Shown in pieces: positions 1 to 12,309 of a stretch of 64,000 nt of DNA. The DNA lies in assembly GCA_001004885.1 (NCBI GenBank), contig LCRX01000014.1, forward strand, positions 1,565 through 65,564, written 5' to 3'. Every line of letters begins with the position of its first letter. Position 1 is the first letter of the stretch. A program made the translations under genes and the position numbers. The notes below the pieces were generated by a model that saw only the letters and a program-made list of their open reading frames with translations, was not told where the DNA came from and searched no databases. This DNA is from Candidatus Magasanikbacteria bacterium GW2011_GWA2_56_11. Lineage in GTDB: Bacteria; Patescibacteriota; Patescibacteriia; Magasanikbacterales; UBA922.

Positions 1-74
1 CTTCATAGAATATAACTTATAATATATAAATCTTTCGCCAGTTGTTTTATATACTTCCTTTGACTTCTTCTTTA

Positions 75-393
75 TGCGGGACAGGCACTTAGCTAACGGA
101 TGGAAACATCTGAGGAAAGTCCGCCCTCCCCTCGAAAGAGGACAAAGCCACCCTTTGGGATCCGGCAACGGATGGCAACCGCACAGAAACGAGACCCCCT
201 CGGTCTAGGAGGAGGCACGCGAAGGTCCCGGCAACGGAACTCAGTTAACCTGCCGACGTTGTCCGAGGAATGGCTAAAACGGCGAGCCCTGGCTGGAGCA
301 AGTCATTCGACGCTTAGTTCAATGCTAAGGAGGCCATCGAAGCACTCGCTTGGTAACGGGCCTTACAGAAGGCGGCTTATCCCTGTCCTGCGC
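75..393 (+). ncRNA. rnpB: RNase P RNA, bacterial type A
   Basis: P4 hallmark GAGGAAAGTCCG at 113-124. CTGGAGCAAG at ~293-302. 3' ACAGAAGGCGGCTTATC at ~366-382. P1 pairing gcgggacagg (76-85) with cctgtcctgc (383-392). ORF 100..420 lies inside it and is spurious. Confidence 0.85.
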
Positions 394-438
394 CTTTCTT
401 TCAGAGGGTTTATAAGATAAAAAAGACTCCCGTCAGGC

Positions 439-1431
439 ATGCCTATTGAAGATGGAGGAGCGGCGGTAAGCTTCCGAAACGACAAGGACCTCTATAGCGC
501 ATATCAGAGTGGGCGGGCTCCTGCTGGCGTGACCGCGATGCGGCTGTTTTCCGCGATCCACAACAAGGGAAGCCCGGGGGAGGCCCTGGATTTCGCCTTT
601 CAGGCTGATGTCCTTCCTCTCTATCTTGCCATCTGGGAAGTGAGCGGCCTCAAGTTGGAGTTTGTCTCTGGGAACACAGTCTTTGTGCAATCGAGGGAGG
701 GGCAGACACGATTCGGACCTCCAGAGATTCTCCGGGAGCGCGTGCGATTACGGATGGAAGCGCTCGCCCAGACGCCGAAGGAGCATGGGCAGCTTGCGGA
801 CGCGTATGTGCGGACCGGCCTTGAGCAAGAAGCTATTCCACACTACGAACGCGCGTTCAGATTACAGGATTGCGCCACGCTCGCAAGAAGGAAAGGAGAT
901 CTGCCTCTTGCCGCTGCCTACGCAAGAGATCATGCCCAGAATACAAGGCAGGAAGCGGACTATCGCTGGGCTGGGGGATTGGAGGAGGAGGCGGGGAATT
1001 TCGACGGCGCCTGGGGACTGTACCATATGGGCATGGCACCGGTGGACGCGCTCCGCGCGAAAGCCAGAGCTCTCCATGCTTCGGGAAGGGCCGAGGATGC
1101 TGTCTCCGTCTATCGCGACGGCCTTAAGGCATTCGTGGCTGTCGGGATGGCCGAACATGATAAACAAACCAGGAACGTCCCTTGCAAGCTTAGGTCGTCA
1201 GTACCCGGCGCCGAGGTGCTCACCTTCCTCCTTTGGCTCAGCGGCAAAGAGCCAGAACCGAAAGTGGAGAGGAGGACATGCCCTGACCTGGCTGAAATCG
1301 TGTATCGTCTGATCTGGGGAGAGGCCGAGGTGGCGAGTAAGCATAGCCTTCCACAGGTATACGAGTTCCTTGCCGTGGAGTCACAGCGGTACCGGGAAGC
1401 GGCCAAGCGGACGAAGCGAAAACCAAACTAG
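439..1431 (+). CDS. hypothetical protein (possible TPR-like helical repeats)
   Basis: 330-aa ORF at host-like GC; no recognisable catalytic motifs. Confidence 0.4.
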   Translation: MPIEDGGAAVSFRNDKDLYSAYQSGRAPAGVTAMRLFSAIHNKGSPGEALDFAFQADVLPLYLAIWEVSGLKLEFVSGNTVFVQSREGQTRFGPPEILRERVRLRMEALAQTPKEHGQLADAYVRTGLEQEAIPHYERAFRLQDCATLARRKGDLPLAAAYARDHAQNTRQEADYRWAGGLEEEAGNFDGAWGLYHMGMAPVDALRAKARALHASGRAEDAVSVYRDGLKAFVAVGMAEHDKQTRNVPCKLRSSVPGAEVLTFLLWLSGKEPEPKVERRTCPDLAEIVYRLIWGEAEVASKHSLPQVYEFLAVESQRYREAAKRTKRKPN

Positions 1432-1439
1432 CCCAATAC

Positions 1440-2594
1440 TTGCGCACGGACCCGGATTCCGGAAACCTGACGACCGATTATGAACGACGCGCCATGGCGC
1501 TTATGTCTCTCGGGATAAACCCCTATTCCGGAACGGCAACCAATTATATTGATAAAATTACCGCCAGCTTCACAGACAGCCAGTTCGGCGACGCTGGCCT
1601 CGTGAATGATGACATTTTCGCCCTTTTTCCCCTGCTTCGGGCAGGCTATGCCCCGGGCGACGAAATCATCAAAAAAACAGTGCAATTTATCCTCTCCAAA
1701 CAAGATACCCAAGGCGGCTGGGGCAGCCCGGACATGACCGCGGCCGGCATCCAGGCCCTGACAGCAGTCACAGACCTGCCGGGCGTGGTCCCGGCGATCG
1801 AGCGGGCCAAACAGCACCTCAAGGCAGCGCAAACCAGCTCAGGCCGAATTGGCGACAACAGCTTTGCCACCAGCTGGGCCCTGCAGGCGATGGCGGCGCT
1901 CAATGAATCCGAGTCTGTCTGGACCACCAACGGAAAAACACCGGGCGACTACCTAGCGAGCGTACAAGAATCCGACGGCGGACTCGAGAGCGCTGCCACG
2001 CCCCTCAACGACCGTGTCTGGGCAACGGCGTACGCCATCACCGGCACGCTTAAAAAAACTTGGTACAACGTACTCGCTAATTTTTCGAAGCCGGAAATGC
2101 CAGCCACGGATCACGCTGCCAACTCAGAGGCGGACAGCGGCGCCGCGCCTCCGGCCGCGGCACCGTTTGTTTCGGGTCTGCCGCCGGTGGCAGTTTCAGA
2201 GCTGGCTCTGCCAGCTCTGAACGCCGACGCCCCGCCCACGACCGCGGTCGAAACCATTTTTCCGATCGCGGCACCGACGGAGAAAGATATGCCCAAGACA
2301 GAAGAGCCGGAACCGATCTCGCCGCCGGACCAAACCGCGGCTCAAACCGCGCCGGCGGTGGCGGTAAACCGGCTGCCGCGAACCGAAACCGCGGCCGCAT
2401 TCGCCGGAGTGCAAAATCAGCCTGAACCGGCGCCGGCGGCTCTGCCAGCCACCGATTCCAGCCAGGCTATAGAGGCCAATTCCGGCCTTACACCGCTCCA
2501 AAAAGCCGCCCCGGGCGTCTTCGGCGGGGCGATTACCCTCGCCTCCGGCCTCGGGGCCTACTTGGCTTGGCGCTTCCTGCTGGGTTTGATATAA
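1440..2594 (+). CDS. prenyltransferase/squalene-oxidase-repeat (terpene cyclase-like) surface protein with Pro/Ala-rich linker and C-terminal TM anchor
   Basis: QxxxGGW-type repeat (QDTQGGWG). PA-rich low-complexity linker. C-terminal hydrophobic segment. TTG start. Confidence 0.5.
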   Translation: MRTDPDSGNLTTDYERRAMALMSLGINPYSGTATNYIDKITASFTDSQFGDAGLVNDDIFALFPLLRAGYAPGDEIIKKTVQFILSKQDTQGGWGSPDMTAAGIQALTAVTDLPGVVPAIERAKQHLKAAQTSSGRIGDNSFATSWALQAMAALNESESVWTTNGKTPGDYLASVQESDGGLESAATPLNDRVWATAYAITGTLKKTWYNVLANFSKPEMPATDHAANSEADSGAAPPAAAPFVSGLPPVAVSELALPALNADAPPTTAVETIFPIAAPTEKDMPKTEEPEPISPPDQTAAQTAPAVAVNRLPRTETAAAFAGVQNQPEPAPAALPATDSSQAIEANSGLTPLQKAAPGVFGGAITLASGLGAYLAWRFLLGLI

Positions 2595-2604
2595 TCAATT
2601 GACT

Positions 2605-2991
2605 ATGAAACGGTATACCTACCTTCCGCTCGCTCTTGTCCTGCTCCTATCCGGAGCCGGCTGCGCTGCGCGCTCTGGCGAAACCGGGCAAATACTGCCG
2701 GCGACAAACTTCGTCCTGACGATAACCAAATCAGAAAATAACTCGCGAACGGTGTCCGTACCCGCGGATGGGCAAAAAAGTTTAGCCCAGACGCTGGCCG
2801 CCGCGTCTGTCTCCTACCGGACGGTCCCAGGGCCGGAGGGCGAGCGGATGGCGGAGCTCGACGGCGTACTGGCGACCGCCTCGAAAGCCTGGAACTTGTA
2901 CATTGATGCCAAAAAAGTCGACTGGACAAACCTGGAATCAGTAACCATAAAGCCCGCGCAGCGCATAGAATGGCGCTACGAAACCGAATAA
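2605..2991 (+). CDS. lipoprotein, DUF4430-like
   Basis: Signal peptide with lipobox LLSGAGC. Size and context (next to prenyltransferase-like protein and a membrane S-component) typical of DUF4430 B12-associated proteins. Confidence 0.4.
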   Translation: MKRYTYLPLALVLLLSGAGCAARSGETGQILPATNFVLTITKSENNSRTVSVPADGQKSLAQTLAAASVSYRTVPGPEGERMAELDGVLATASKAWNLYIDAKKVDWTNLESVTIKPAQRIEWRYETE

Positions 2992-2993
2992 AT

Positions 2994-3551
2994 ATGACCG
3001 TTCCGACCATCTCCGCCCTGACCAAAAAGACGACAGTGCCCTTGGTAGCCATCTTATTCCTTATCGGTTTTGCCTCGCGCCTCTTTCCCCATCCGGCCAA
3101 CTTCGCCCCGATTGGCGCCATCGCTCTTTTCGGCGCTCTGTACCTGCCCCGGCGCCTCGCGATCGTGTTGCCGCTTTTGGCGGTCTTTGTGAGCGATCTC
3201 GTGATTGGCTTCTACAGCCTTCCCCTAATGGCAGCGGTCTACGGCAGCTTTGTCCTGACCGCGCTTATCGGGCTTACGATTCGCCGCCGCCGTTCTTTCG
3301 GCGCTGTTGTCCTCGCGACCCTGGCCGGTTCGGCTCTCTTCTTCCTCGTCACCAACGCGGCAGTCTGGGGTTTTGGCACTCTTTATCCGCACACTGGCGC
3401 AGGACTTGGACAAAGTTATATCATGGCCTTGCCTTTCTTCCGCAACAGCCTTCTCGGAGATTTTTTCTACACCGGCATTCTCGTCGGCGGTCTTGAAGCG
3501 TTGCGCCTGGGCAAGAAAAGATTCTTATTCAAACCGGAACAGGCACTCTAA
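2994..3551 (+). CDS. integral membrane protein, ECF-transporter S-component-like
   Basis: Five to six predicted TM helices, about 185 aa, in a cluster with a DUF4430-like lipoprotein. Confidence 0.4.
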   Translation: MTVPTISALTKKTTVPLVAILFLIGFASRLFPHPANFAPIGAIALFGALYLPRRLAIVLPLLAVFVSDLVIGFYSLPLMAAVYGSFVLTALIGLTIRRRRSFGAVVLATLAGSALFFLVTNAAVWGFGTLYPHTGAGLGQSYIMALPFFRNSLLGDFFYTGILVGGLEALRLGKKRFLFKPEQAL

Positions 3552-3568
3552 TCCCAAAATTATAACAA

Positions 3569-3595
3569 AGATCCCTAAACAGGGATCTTTTTGTT
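3569..3595. terminator. rho-independent terminator (bidirectional)
   Basis: agatccct-aaac-agggatct followed by TTTTTGTT; lies between convergent genes. Confidence 0.6.
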
Positions 3596-3609
3596 CTGTC
3601 AGGCTGGTC

Positions 3610-3999
3610 TTACTGCGCCACCGGCGCCGCGTCTAGGCTCTTTGGATTAGGCCCGTACTGGTTGTCTCCGGGCTGGCTGTCGGCCGCCAGAAAAAAAATA
3701 AGTATAATGGACCCGATGACCGGTATAAAACCAATAAGCACCCACCAGCCGCTCCGATTGGTGTCGTGAAGCCGGCGGACGCCGACCGCGAGGCTCGGAA
3801 CTAAAGTGGCCAGGGCGTAAATCCCAACCAGGAAACTGGCGCCCAGTCTGCTCTCCATGATCGAATCCATAGTCGAGAGTATGATCGTTACGAGTACATG
3901 GAACAGAACAAATGTCCAGTATTCCCGACGATTCGACCGGCCGCTAAAAATGGCGTATTTTTTTAATACCGCGAGATATTGATTGAAATTTTCATTCAT
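3610..3999 (-). CDS. DUF805 family inner membrane protein
   Basis: RSNRREYW motif plus three TM helices, typical of DUF805/YhaH. Confidence 0.6.
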   Translation of the reverse strand: MNENFNQYLAVLKKYAIFSGRSNRREYWTFVLFHVLVTIILSTMDSIMESRLGASFLVGIYALATLVPSLAVGVRRLHDTNRSGWWVLIGFIPVIGSIILIFFLAADSQPGDNQYGPNPKSLDAAPVAQ

Positions 4000-4137
4000 A
4001 ATCCTAGATTAAGTCGCCTTTAATAAAGGCCGCGAGCCGCAATCGCCCCTGGCGCCAGGATTCGCCCCAGTCCCCACGGTTAGGTTGGCGCGAATGCCTC
4101 AGCCTGTTCTCGCGGCGGCTAACTTGCGCTGGAACGA

Positions 4138-5559
4138 TTAAAACAGATCGTCATACTCGATGACCTCACCGGAGTCGGTACTAAACCGTTTGTGTTTGCC
4201 GGCCTCGACAGTCGCGGCCGCGGCGGCCGCGTCCGCCTCTTCCGCGGACAATGCCGGCAGTAAGCGCTCAACCGGCAAACCGACCGGCGGCTCGGCCTGC
4301 TTCGAGGCCGCTTTTTGGACCAATGGCGTCTTGACGTGAGACATCGGGAAATGCCAGATAGTCGCCAGCTCTTCGATGTTGAGGACAAACGGCTTGCCCC
4401 CGGCGCCGATTTTGCGTTTTTTATAAGCTTTCATCAGCAATGACTTCTTCCGGGATGATTTTTTACTTGAACCCTTGCCGGCAAACGTGGGTACGATGGA
4501 ATTGGCGCTGGGGATGTTGTATTGCGTAAGGGCGCCCACCAGGGCATTGACCCCGCGCAAGGGATTGAAGACTTCCTTGCGGGCCCCGTACAGGCCGCGT
4601 ATCTTCGTTTTGAAACCGAGTTTGCCGATTTTAGCTTCCATAGCCTCGACCAATTTGCTCATGCCCGGAGTGAGGTACTGGAGCTGGTTCGGCGGACTGT
4701 GGTCCTCGTCATGCCCACTGACAGACTCCCGGCCAAAAACTTGGTCGCCGATACCTTCAAGCATCTTCTGCAGCCCGGATACCGTGTGGTCGATGAGGTT
4801 CAGGTGCGGATGGGATTTTTCACCGATAACTTCTTTGATTTTTTTGATCGCATCCTCTTTCCAATCGTTGCTGATGGGCTCAAGCAAAATTTGAAACCAC
4901 ATCTGTTCACCGGGTCCAATACGGGTGAAACTCTCAAGAAAAGTTCCCATCGGGTCTTTCAGGACCGTATCTTTGGAAATGGCATGCTCGAATTCGCGGT
5001 AGCTGCGGATAGGATAGGCGCTGTTCTCGGCCAGACCAAAATCGCTGATCCAGATGTCGTGGGTGGCGCTGGGATAGCTGTCAGGAATGCCGCCGGTGTA
5101 ATCTTCCACCTCGGTGATTTCCGCATCCGGGTACTGCGCGTAGACAGCCGCCTCGACCAAATCACGGAAGGCCTCCTCGGTCCAGACCAAAAACTGGATA
5201 TACCCCTCGATGCTGATGATCTCGAAGCTGAACCAGCGCTGTTTGTAACCGTCTTTAAGACGGTCTTTCAGGTCCGGCTTGGAAAAGGCGCCCGCGATGT
5301 GAGAAAACATTTGTTCCACCGCTTTGGGGGTCTGGACATTCAGGGGCGGGACGTCAACCGCGAGCAAAATGAACTTCCACTCATGAGTGTTCAGGTCCTG
5401 CTTCAGGTCTTCGTACAAGTGGAAACCGGCGAAAAACAGCAAGTAAGCCAAAACCAGCCAGCCGCCAACTGCCAGCACCTGGCCGATAATCGGCAGCGCC
5501 CCCTGGCCAAAAAAATCCGCCAGCCGGTTAAAATCGAGAAAAAAAATACCAATATCCAT
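4138..5559 (-). CDS. hypothetical membrane-anchored protein
   Basis: 473-aa ORF with N-terminal TM segment and Lys-rich segment; 4-bp gap to the upstream small membrane ORF suggests an operon. Confidence 0.5.
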   Translation of the reverse strand: MDIGIFFLDFNRLADFFGQGALPIIGQVLAVGGWLVLAYLLFFAGFHLYEDLKQDLNTHEWKFILLAVDVPPLNVQTPKAVEQMFSHIAGAFSKPDLKDRLKDGYKQRWFSFEIISIEGYIQFLVWTEEAFRDLVEAAVYAQYPDAEITEVEDYTGGIPDSYPSATHDIWISDFGLAENSAYPIRSYREFEHAISKDTVLKDPMGTFLESFTRIGPGEQMWFQILLEPISNDWKEDAIKKIKEVIGEKSHPHLNLIDHTVSGLQKMLEGIGDQVFGRESVSGHDEDHSPPNQLQYLTPGMSKLVEAMEAKIGKLGFKTKIRGLYGARKEVFNPLRGVNALVGALTQYNIPSANSIVPTFAGKGSSKKSSRKKSLLMKAYKKRKIGAGGKPFVLNIEELATIWHFPMSHVKTPLVQKAASKQAEPPVGLPVERLLPALSAEEADAAAAAATVEAGKHKRFSTDSGEVIEYDDLF

Positions 5560-5562
5560 ATT

Positions 5563-5733
5563 TTAGTGGTGTCCGCCGCCCAGGAGTTTGATGATAATGG
5601 CGTAGACGCCCAAAACCGCGATTACCGTCCACCACCAGCCAAGGGTGCCCGACACATACCCGGCCGTGTAGGCGAGGCCGGTAATAAGCGTCGCTGCCAG
5701 GGCGATAAGGTGCAAAAGCAATTTTTCGGACAT
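5563..5733 (-). CDS. small membrane protein (two TM helices)
   Basis: MSEKLLLHLIALAATL... hydrophobic; immediately upstream of the 473-aa ORF. Confidence 0.4.
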   Translation of the reverse strand: MSEKLLLHLIALAATLITGLAYTAGYVSGTLGWWWTVIAVLGVYAIIIKLLGGGHH

Positions 5734-5870
5734 AAAAAATGGTCTAAGTCTTTGGGGGTCCTCCCTGCAGCCCAAAGCCGGAGTTTAAAGCCTGAAAAAC
5801 CTGGCGTCAAGGTGAACGGGCGGCGACTCAGTCTCTGCCATAACCAGAGTATAACATAAAAAAGATAAAA

Positions 5871-5895
5871 AATCCCCAGTTTCGGGGATTTTTAA
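5871..5895. terminator. rho-independent terminator (bidirectional, downstream of secF)
   Basis: atcccc-agtttc-ggggat flanked by an A-run and a T-run. Confidence 0.55.
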
Positions 5896-5915
5896 GCTTG
5901 AGTCCTGGTTATTCC

Positions 5916-6821
5916 TTATCCGCGGCGCTGCCGCCCTTCCCAGACTACCAGAAGCGGGCTGGCAATAAAAATCGAAGAGTAAGTACCGAAGAAGATGCCG
6001 ATAATCAACGCGAGAGTAAAAAAATGAATTGTCTCCCCGCCGAAGAAGAACAGGGCCGACAGCACCAGAAGAACAGTTACCGAGGTGTTTACAGAGCGCC
6101 AGATAGTCTCGTTGACCGCGACGTTCGCCACTTCCGCGAAATTATTCGCGCTCCGGCGGATGAGATTCTCGCGAATACGGTCGAAAACCACGATGGTATC
6201 GTTGACGGAGTAGCCCAAAATGGTAAGCAGGGCGACGACAAACGGGATATCCACATGGACGTTGAAATAGCGACCTAGCACGGCAAAAACACCCATCGCG
6301 ATGCTGACATCATGGACCAGGGCGACAATAGCGGCTACGCCGTACTTCCAGGAGGCGATCGGCCGCGACACTTTGCGGAAAGCGTAGGCGATATAGGCGA
6401 CAATCGCCACGACTACAGTCAAGCCGGCGAGCCACGCCCGCTCCCGGATAACGGAGCTGACGGCTGGGCCGATGGTTTCCAGCCGCTCTTCCAAAACTTT
6501 GTTATTGTCTTTTTCGTAAGTCTCGCGCACGATTCCTAAAATCTTCTGGTGTTCGTCTTCGGAGATAAAGCGGAGCTTGAGGATGGCGCCTCTGTCCCCG
6601 GTCGGCTGGACGATAACATCTCCCAAACCCAGGGATTCCACTCTTGACTCGATCTCCGGCCCGGCCGGACGGGTCTGTGTAAAGGTAAACTCAAGCAAAG
6701 AGCCGCCGGTAAAGTCTATGCTCGGTTTGAGCCCCCAGACGGCAAGCGCCAACCAGCTCGCGAGCACCAGCAGAGAGGAAAAAATGAAGAAATTGTTCCG
6801 TTTGCCGATGATATTATGCAT
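5916..6821 (-). CDS. secF: protein translocase subunit SecF
   Basis: MHNIIGKRNNFFIF...IDFTGG N-terminus plus C-terminal TM bundle. Start chosen at the conserved Met rather than the longer ORF. Confidence 0.85.
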   Translation of the reverse strand: MHNIIGKRNNFFIFSSLLVLASWLALAVWGLKPSIDFTGGSLLEFTFTQTRPAGPEIESRVESLGLGDVIVQPTGDRGAILKLRFISEDEHQKILGIVRETYEKDNNKVLEERLETIGPAVSSVIRERAWLAGLTVVVAIVAYIAYAFRKVSRPIASWKYGVAAIVALVHDVSIAMGVFAVLGRYFNVHVDIPFVVALLTILGYSVNDTIVVFDRIRENLIRRSANNFAEVANVAVNETIWRSVNTSVTVLLVLSALFFFGGETIHFFTLALIIGIFFGTYSSIFIASPLLVVWEGRQRRG

Positions 6822-6837
6822 AAAACTCTTCTTTACC

Positions 6838-8742
6838 TTATGAACGGTCGCGCTTTCCGCCCAAAAACAGCCAGCCGCCGCTATAATCGGCAAACCAGGC
6901 GGAGACGAAACGCAGAATCACCCGCGTAACGGTAATGGCCGTAAAGAGGCTGACCAGTATGCCGATCGCGAGAGTGATGGCAAACCCCTTGACAAAACTC
7001 GTGCCGAACCAGATAAGAATGGCGCAGGTGATAAGCGTCGATGCGTTGCCGTCGCGGATCGACGTCCAGGCGCGCAAAAAGCCTTCTTCGATCGCGGTTC
7101 TTAAGCTCTTGCCGTGGCGCAATTCTTCCTTGAGCCGCTCGAATATGAGTACGTTGGCATCCACCGCCACTCCCAGGGACATGAGGAAACCGGCGATACC
7201 GGCCAGAGTAATCGTAACGCCGATTAATTTGAAAATAGCCAGCGTGAAGGCGATATAAAGACAAAGAGAAACCACCGAAATCAGGCCGGGCAGCCGGTAA
7301 ATCAAAATCATGAAAATCATGATAAGCAGAGCCCCGATAACGCCGGCTTTCAGGCTCGTAGCGAGAGACTCGGCGCCCAAAGTAGCTCCGATCGCCTGCT
7401 GGGAGATAAGCTCCACCGGTACCGGCAGCGCCCCGGCATTAAGCCTCTGGGCCAAAAGCCTGGCCTCGGTAATAGTGAAATTGCCGCTAATCACGGCGTT
7501 GCCGTCTGCTATGACGGTGTTGACCGTCGGGATGCTTATGGCCTCGCCATCGAGGAAGATGGCGATGGGAGCGCCAATATTGCGCTCGGTAAGATCTTTA
7601 AAGAGGTCGGCGCCTTCACCATTGAATTTGAGAGATACTTGGACGGCGCCTGTCTGCGGGTCGCTCACGACCTCCGCTCGCTCCAGCTGTTTGCCGGAGA
7701 GTCCGGTGGTCTTCCATTCCGAGGCGCTCGGGACGTAATCTTCCGCCGTTTTGGTGCGGACGAGTATGCGCGATACTTCGTATTCCCGGCTTATCCGCTC
7801 GTCTTCTTTAAAAATCACGTGCCAGCCGAATTCGGTCTCCACCGGCCCGATGATTTCGCCTTTTTTCGCGCTGAACAGGGCGTCGGCAAAAGCGCTCGAC
7901 AGCTGTCCGCGGCTTAGCCACCCCAGATCGCCGCCCTGCGATTTGCTGCCCGAGTCGGTGGAATTCTTTTCGGCCAGCTCGGCGAAATTGGCGGCATTAG
8001 CCTGATTGTATAGATCCGCCGCTTTTTGGCGGGCTTCTTCTTTGGTGTATTGCTGTTCGCCCGAGCAATTTCGGGATCCGAGATAGCAAATGAGGATATG
8101 CCTGGCCTTGGCTTGGGGCTCGCCGTCGCGCTCGCCGCCGCGCTTGAGAATATCATAGCCGCGGCTGGTCTCGACCAGGGACTTGGCTACCCCCTGAGGC
8201 GGCGTCTTGGCCGCGACGTCGTATAATTCCGGCTCCAAAGAAAGCGGGCCGACAAATCCGATATAGCCGCCATTGTTCTTACTCTCTTCATGGGCCGAAA
8301 ACTCGCGGGAAAGCGCTGCGAAGTCCTCGCCTTTCTTGGCCCGGGCCAAAATTTCTTCGGCCCTTTTTTTCGCTTCCTGGTTGAATTTATCCAAATCAGC
8401 TTTTTCCTCGGCCGTAAGGTCGCGCGGCGGCTCCCTGTTTTCTTCTTTGAATTCCAAAATCGGGGTCTCGCCGATCATCTTGATCGCCTGGCCAATGTCC
8501 GTTACTCCCGGAAGCTCGACATTAAGGCGGTAGGACTCGCCGACTTGCGACGTTTGCACCGTCGGCTCGCCTACGCCCATGCCGCTGACGCGGCGTTCCA
8601 CGACATCGCGCACGCCCTCCACCGACGCGGCCTGATCGGCCGCCGGTATATCTCTGACATCAGCCTCGTAGATCAGCTGCACTCCGCCCTGCAAATCCAG
8701 CGAGTATTCCGAAAATTCCCCAGCGGAGTTTTCCGCGCACAT
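6838..8742 (-). CDS. secD: protein translocase subunit SecD with two parvulin-type PPIase domains inserted in the periplasmic P1 head
   Basis: LDLQGG P1-base motif, then two PpiC/parvulin domains (signature HILI...GGDLGW...GWHVI), then P1 base and 6 TM helices. TM1 not found in frame, so the N-terminus is uncertain. Confidence 0.8.
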   Translation of the reverse strand: MCAENSAGEFSEYSLDLQGGVQLIYEADVRDIPAADQAASVEGVRDVVERRVSGMGVGEPTVQTSQVGESYRLNVELPGVTDIGQAIKMIGETPILEFKEENREPPRDLTAEEKADLDKFNQEAKKRAEEILARAKKGEDFAALSREFSAHEESKNNGGYIGFVGPLSLEPELYDVAAKTPPQGVAKSLVETSRGYDILKRGGERDGEPQAKARHILICYLGSRNCSGEQQYTKEEARQKAADLYNQANAANFAELAEKNSTDSGSKSQGGDLGWLSRGQLSSAFADALFSAKKGEIIGPVETEFGWHVIFKEDERISREYEVSRILVRTKTAEDYVPSASEWKTTGLSGKQLERAEVVSDPQTGAVQVSLKFNGEGADLFKDLTERNIGAPIAIFLDGEAISIPTVNTVIADGNAVISGNFTITEARLLAQRLNAGALPVPVELISQQAIGATLGAESLATSLKAGVIGALLIMIFMILIYRLPGLISVVSLCLYIAFTLAIFKLIGVTITLAGIAGFLMSLGVAVDANVLIFERLKEELRHGKSLRTAIEEGFLRAWTSIRDGNASTLITCAILIWFGTSFVKGFAITLAIGILVSLFTAITVTRVILRFVSAWFADYSGGWLFLGGKRDRS

Positions 8743-8922
8743 TGACTTTGGGAGTATTCACTGGCATATAAATCGCTCACTAGTGTAGCCGAGGCAGGCT
8801 CACTCGTCAATAGCGGGGTGTGGACGTGTCAGGCCGGCGATTCACGCTCCGTGACAGCGTTTATAATTACTAGCGAGGCCGCAGACGCAAGCTTGCTTGC
8901 ATCTGGGGCGAGCGACGGAATT

Positions 8923-11787
<2,865 letters not shown>

Positions 11788-11928
11788 ATTTGAAGGGCGC
11801 ATAGCCGCTATATAACGGAGATACTGTAGCATTGGCCGACCCATTTGTCCATGGTAAGGCCTACCCTGGGCCAAGCGCCGCCGCTCCCCTGACCGGGCCG
11901 AAAAATCCGCCGGCCGGCGGATTCCCCT

Positions 11929-12273
11929 TTATTCCTGGTAGCCTTTTTGCCCGCGCAGCTCTTTTCGGTCCTGATCGCGCATTTTGCCTTTCATTTTTTC
12001 GAGCTCCACCTTGAAATGGTCCTTCACCTTGTCGATAGCCTTGTACAAGTTCTCTTCCTGCTTGGCCACCCGCAAAATGCGCCCGGGGACGTGGAGATTG
12101 ACCTCGGCGTAATAAATCTGCCCCTTCTGATGGTGGTGGGTGGTAATGCCCACGTCGATTTCCGCTTTGGTAATATTATCGAAATACTTGGCGAGTCCGG
12201 CAATTTTGCTCTCGGCGTAAACTTTGATGGCATCCGTCAGGTCGATGCCGGTACCGTTTAGGGTGATAACCAT
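11929..12273 (-). CDS. hpf: ribosome hibernation promoting factor / RaiA
   Basis: 114 aa, YfiA/HPF fold sequence pattern (ITLNGTGIDLTDAIKVYAE...). Confidence 0.7.
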   Translation of the reverse strand: MVITLNGTGIDLTDAIKVYAESKIAGLAKYFDNITKAEIDVGITTHHHQKGQIYYAEVNLHVPGRILRVAKQEENLYKAIDKVKDHFKVELEKMKGKMRDQDRKELRGQKGYQE

Positions 12274-12309
12274 AGTCGGCAGGTAAAAATGCCCGTGGCG
12301 ATTAAAAAT

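Noticed and set aside
41-74. rnpB promoter
   Set aside because: TATACT at 50-55 has no convincing -35 partner at 16-18 nt spacing, so not reported.
4522-5859. 445-aa plus-strand ORF antisense to the 473-aa gene
   Set aside because: Overlaps the minus-strand gene almost entirely, and its translation is low-complexity Arg/Gly/Asp-rich. Judged an antisense artefact.
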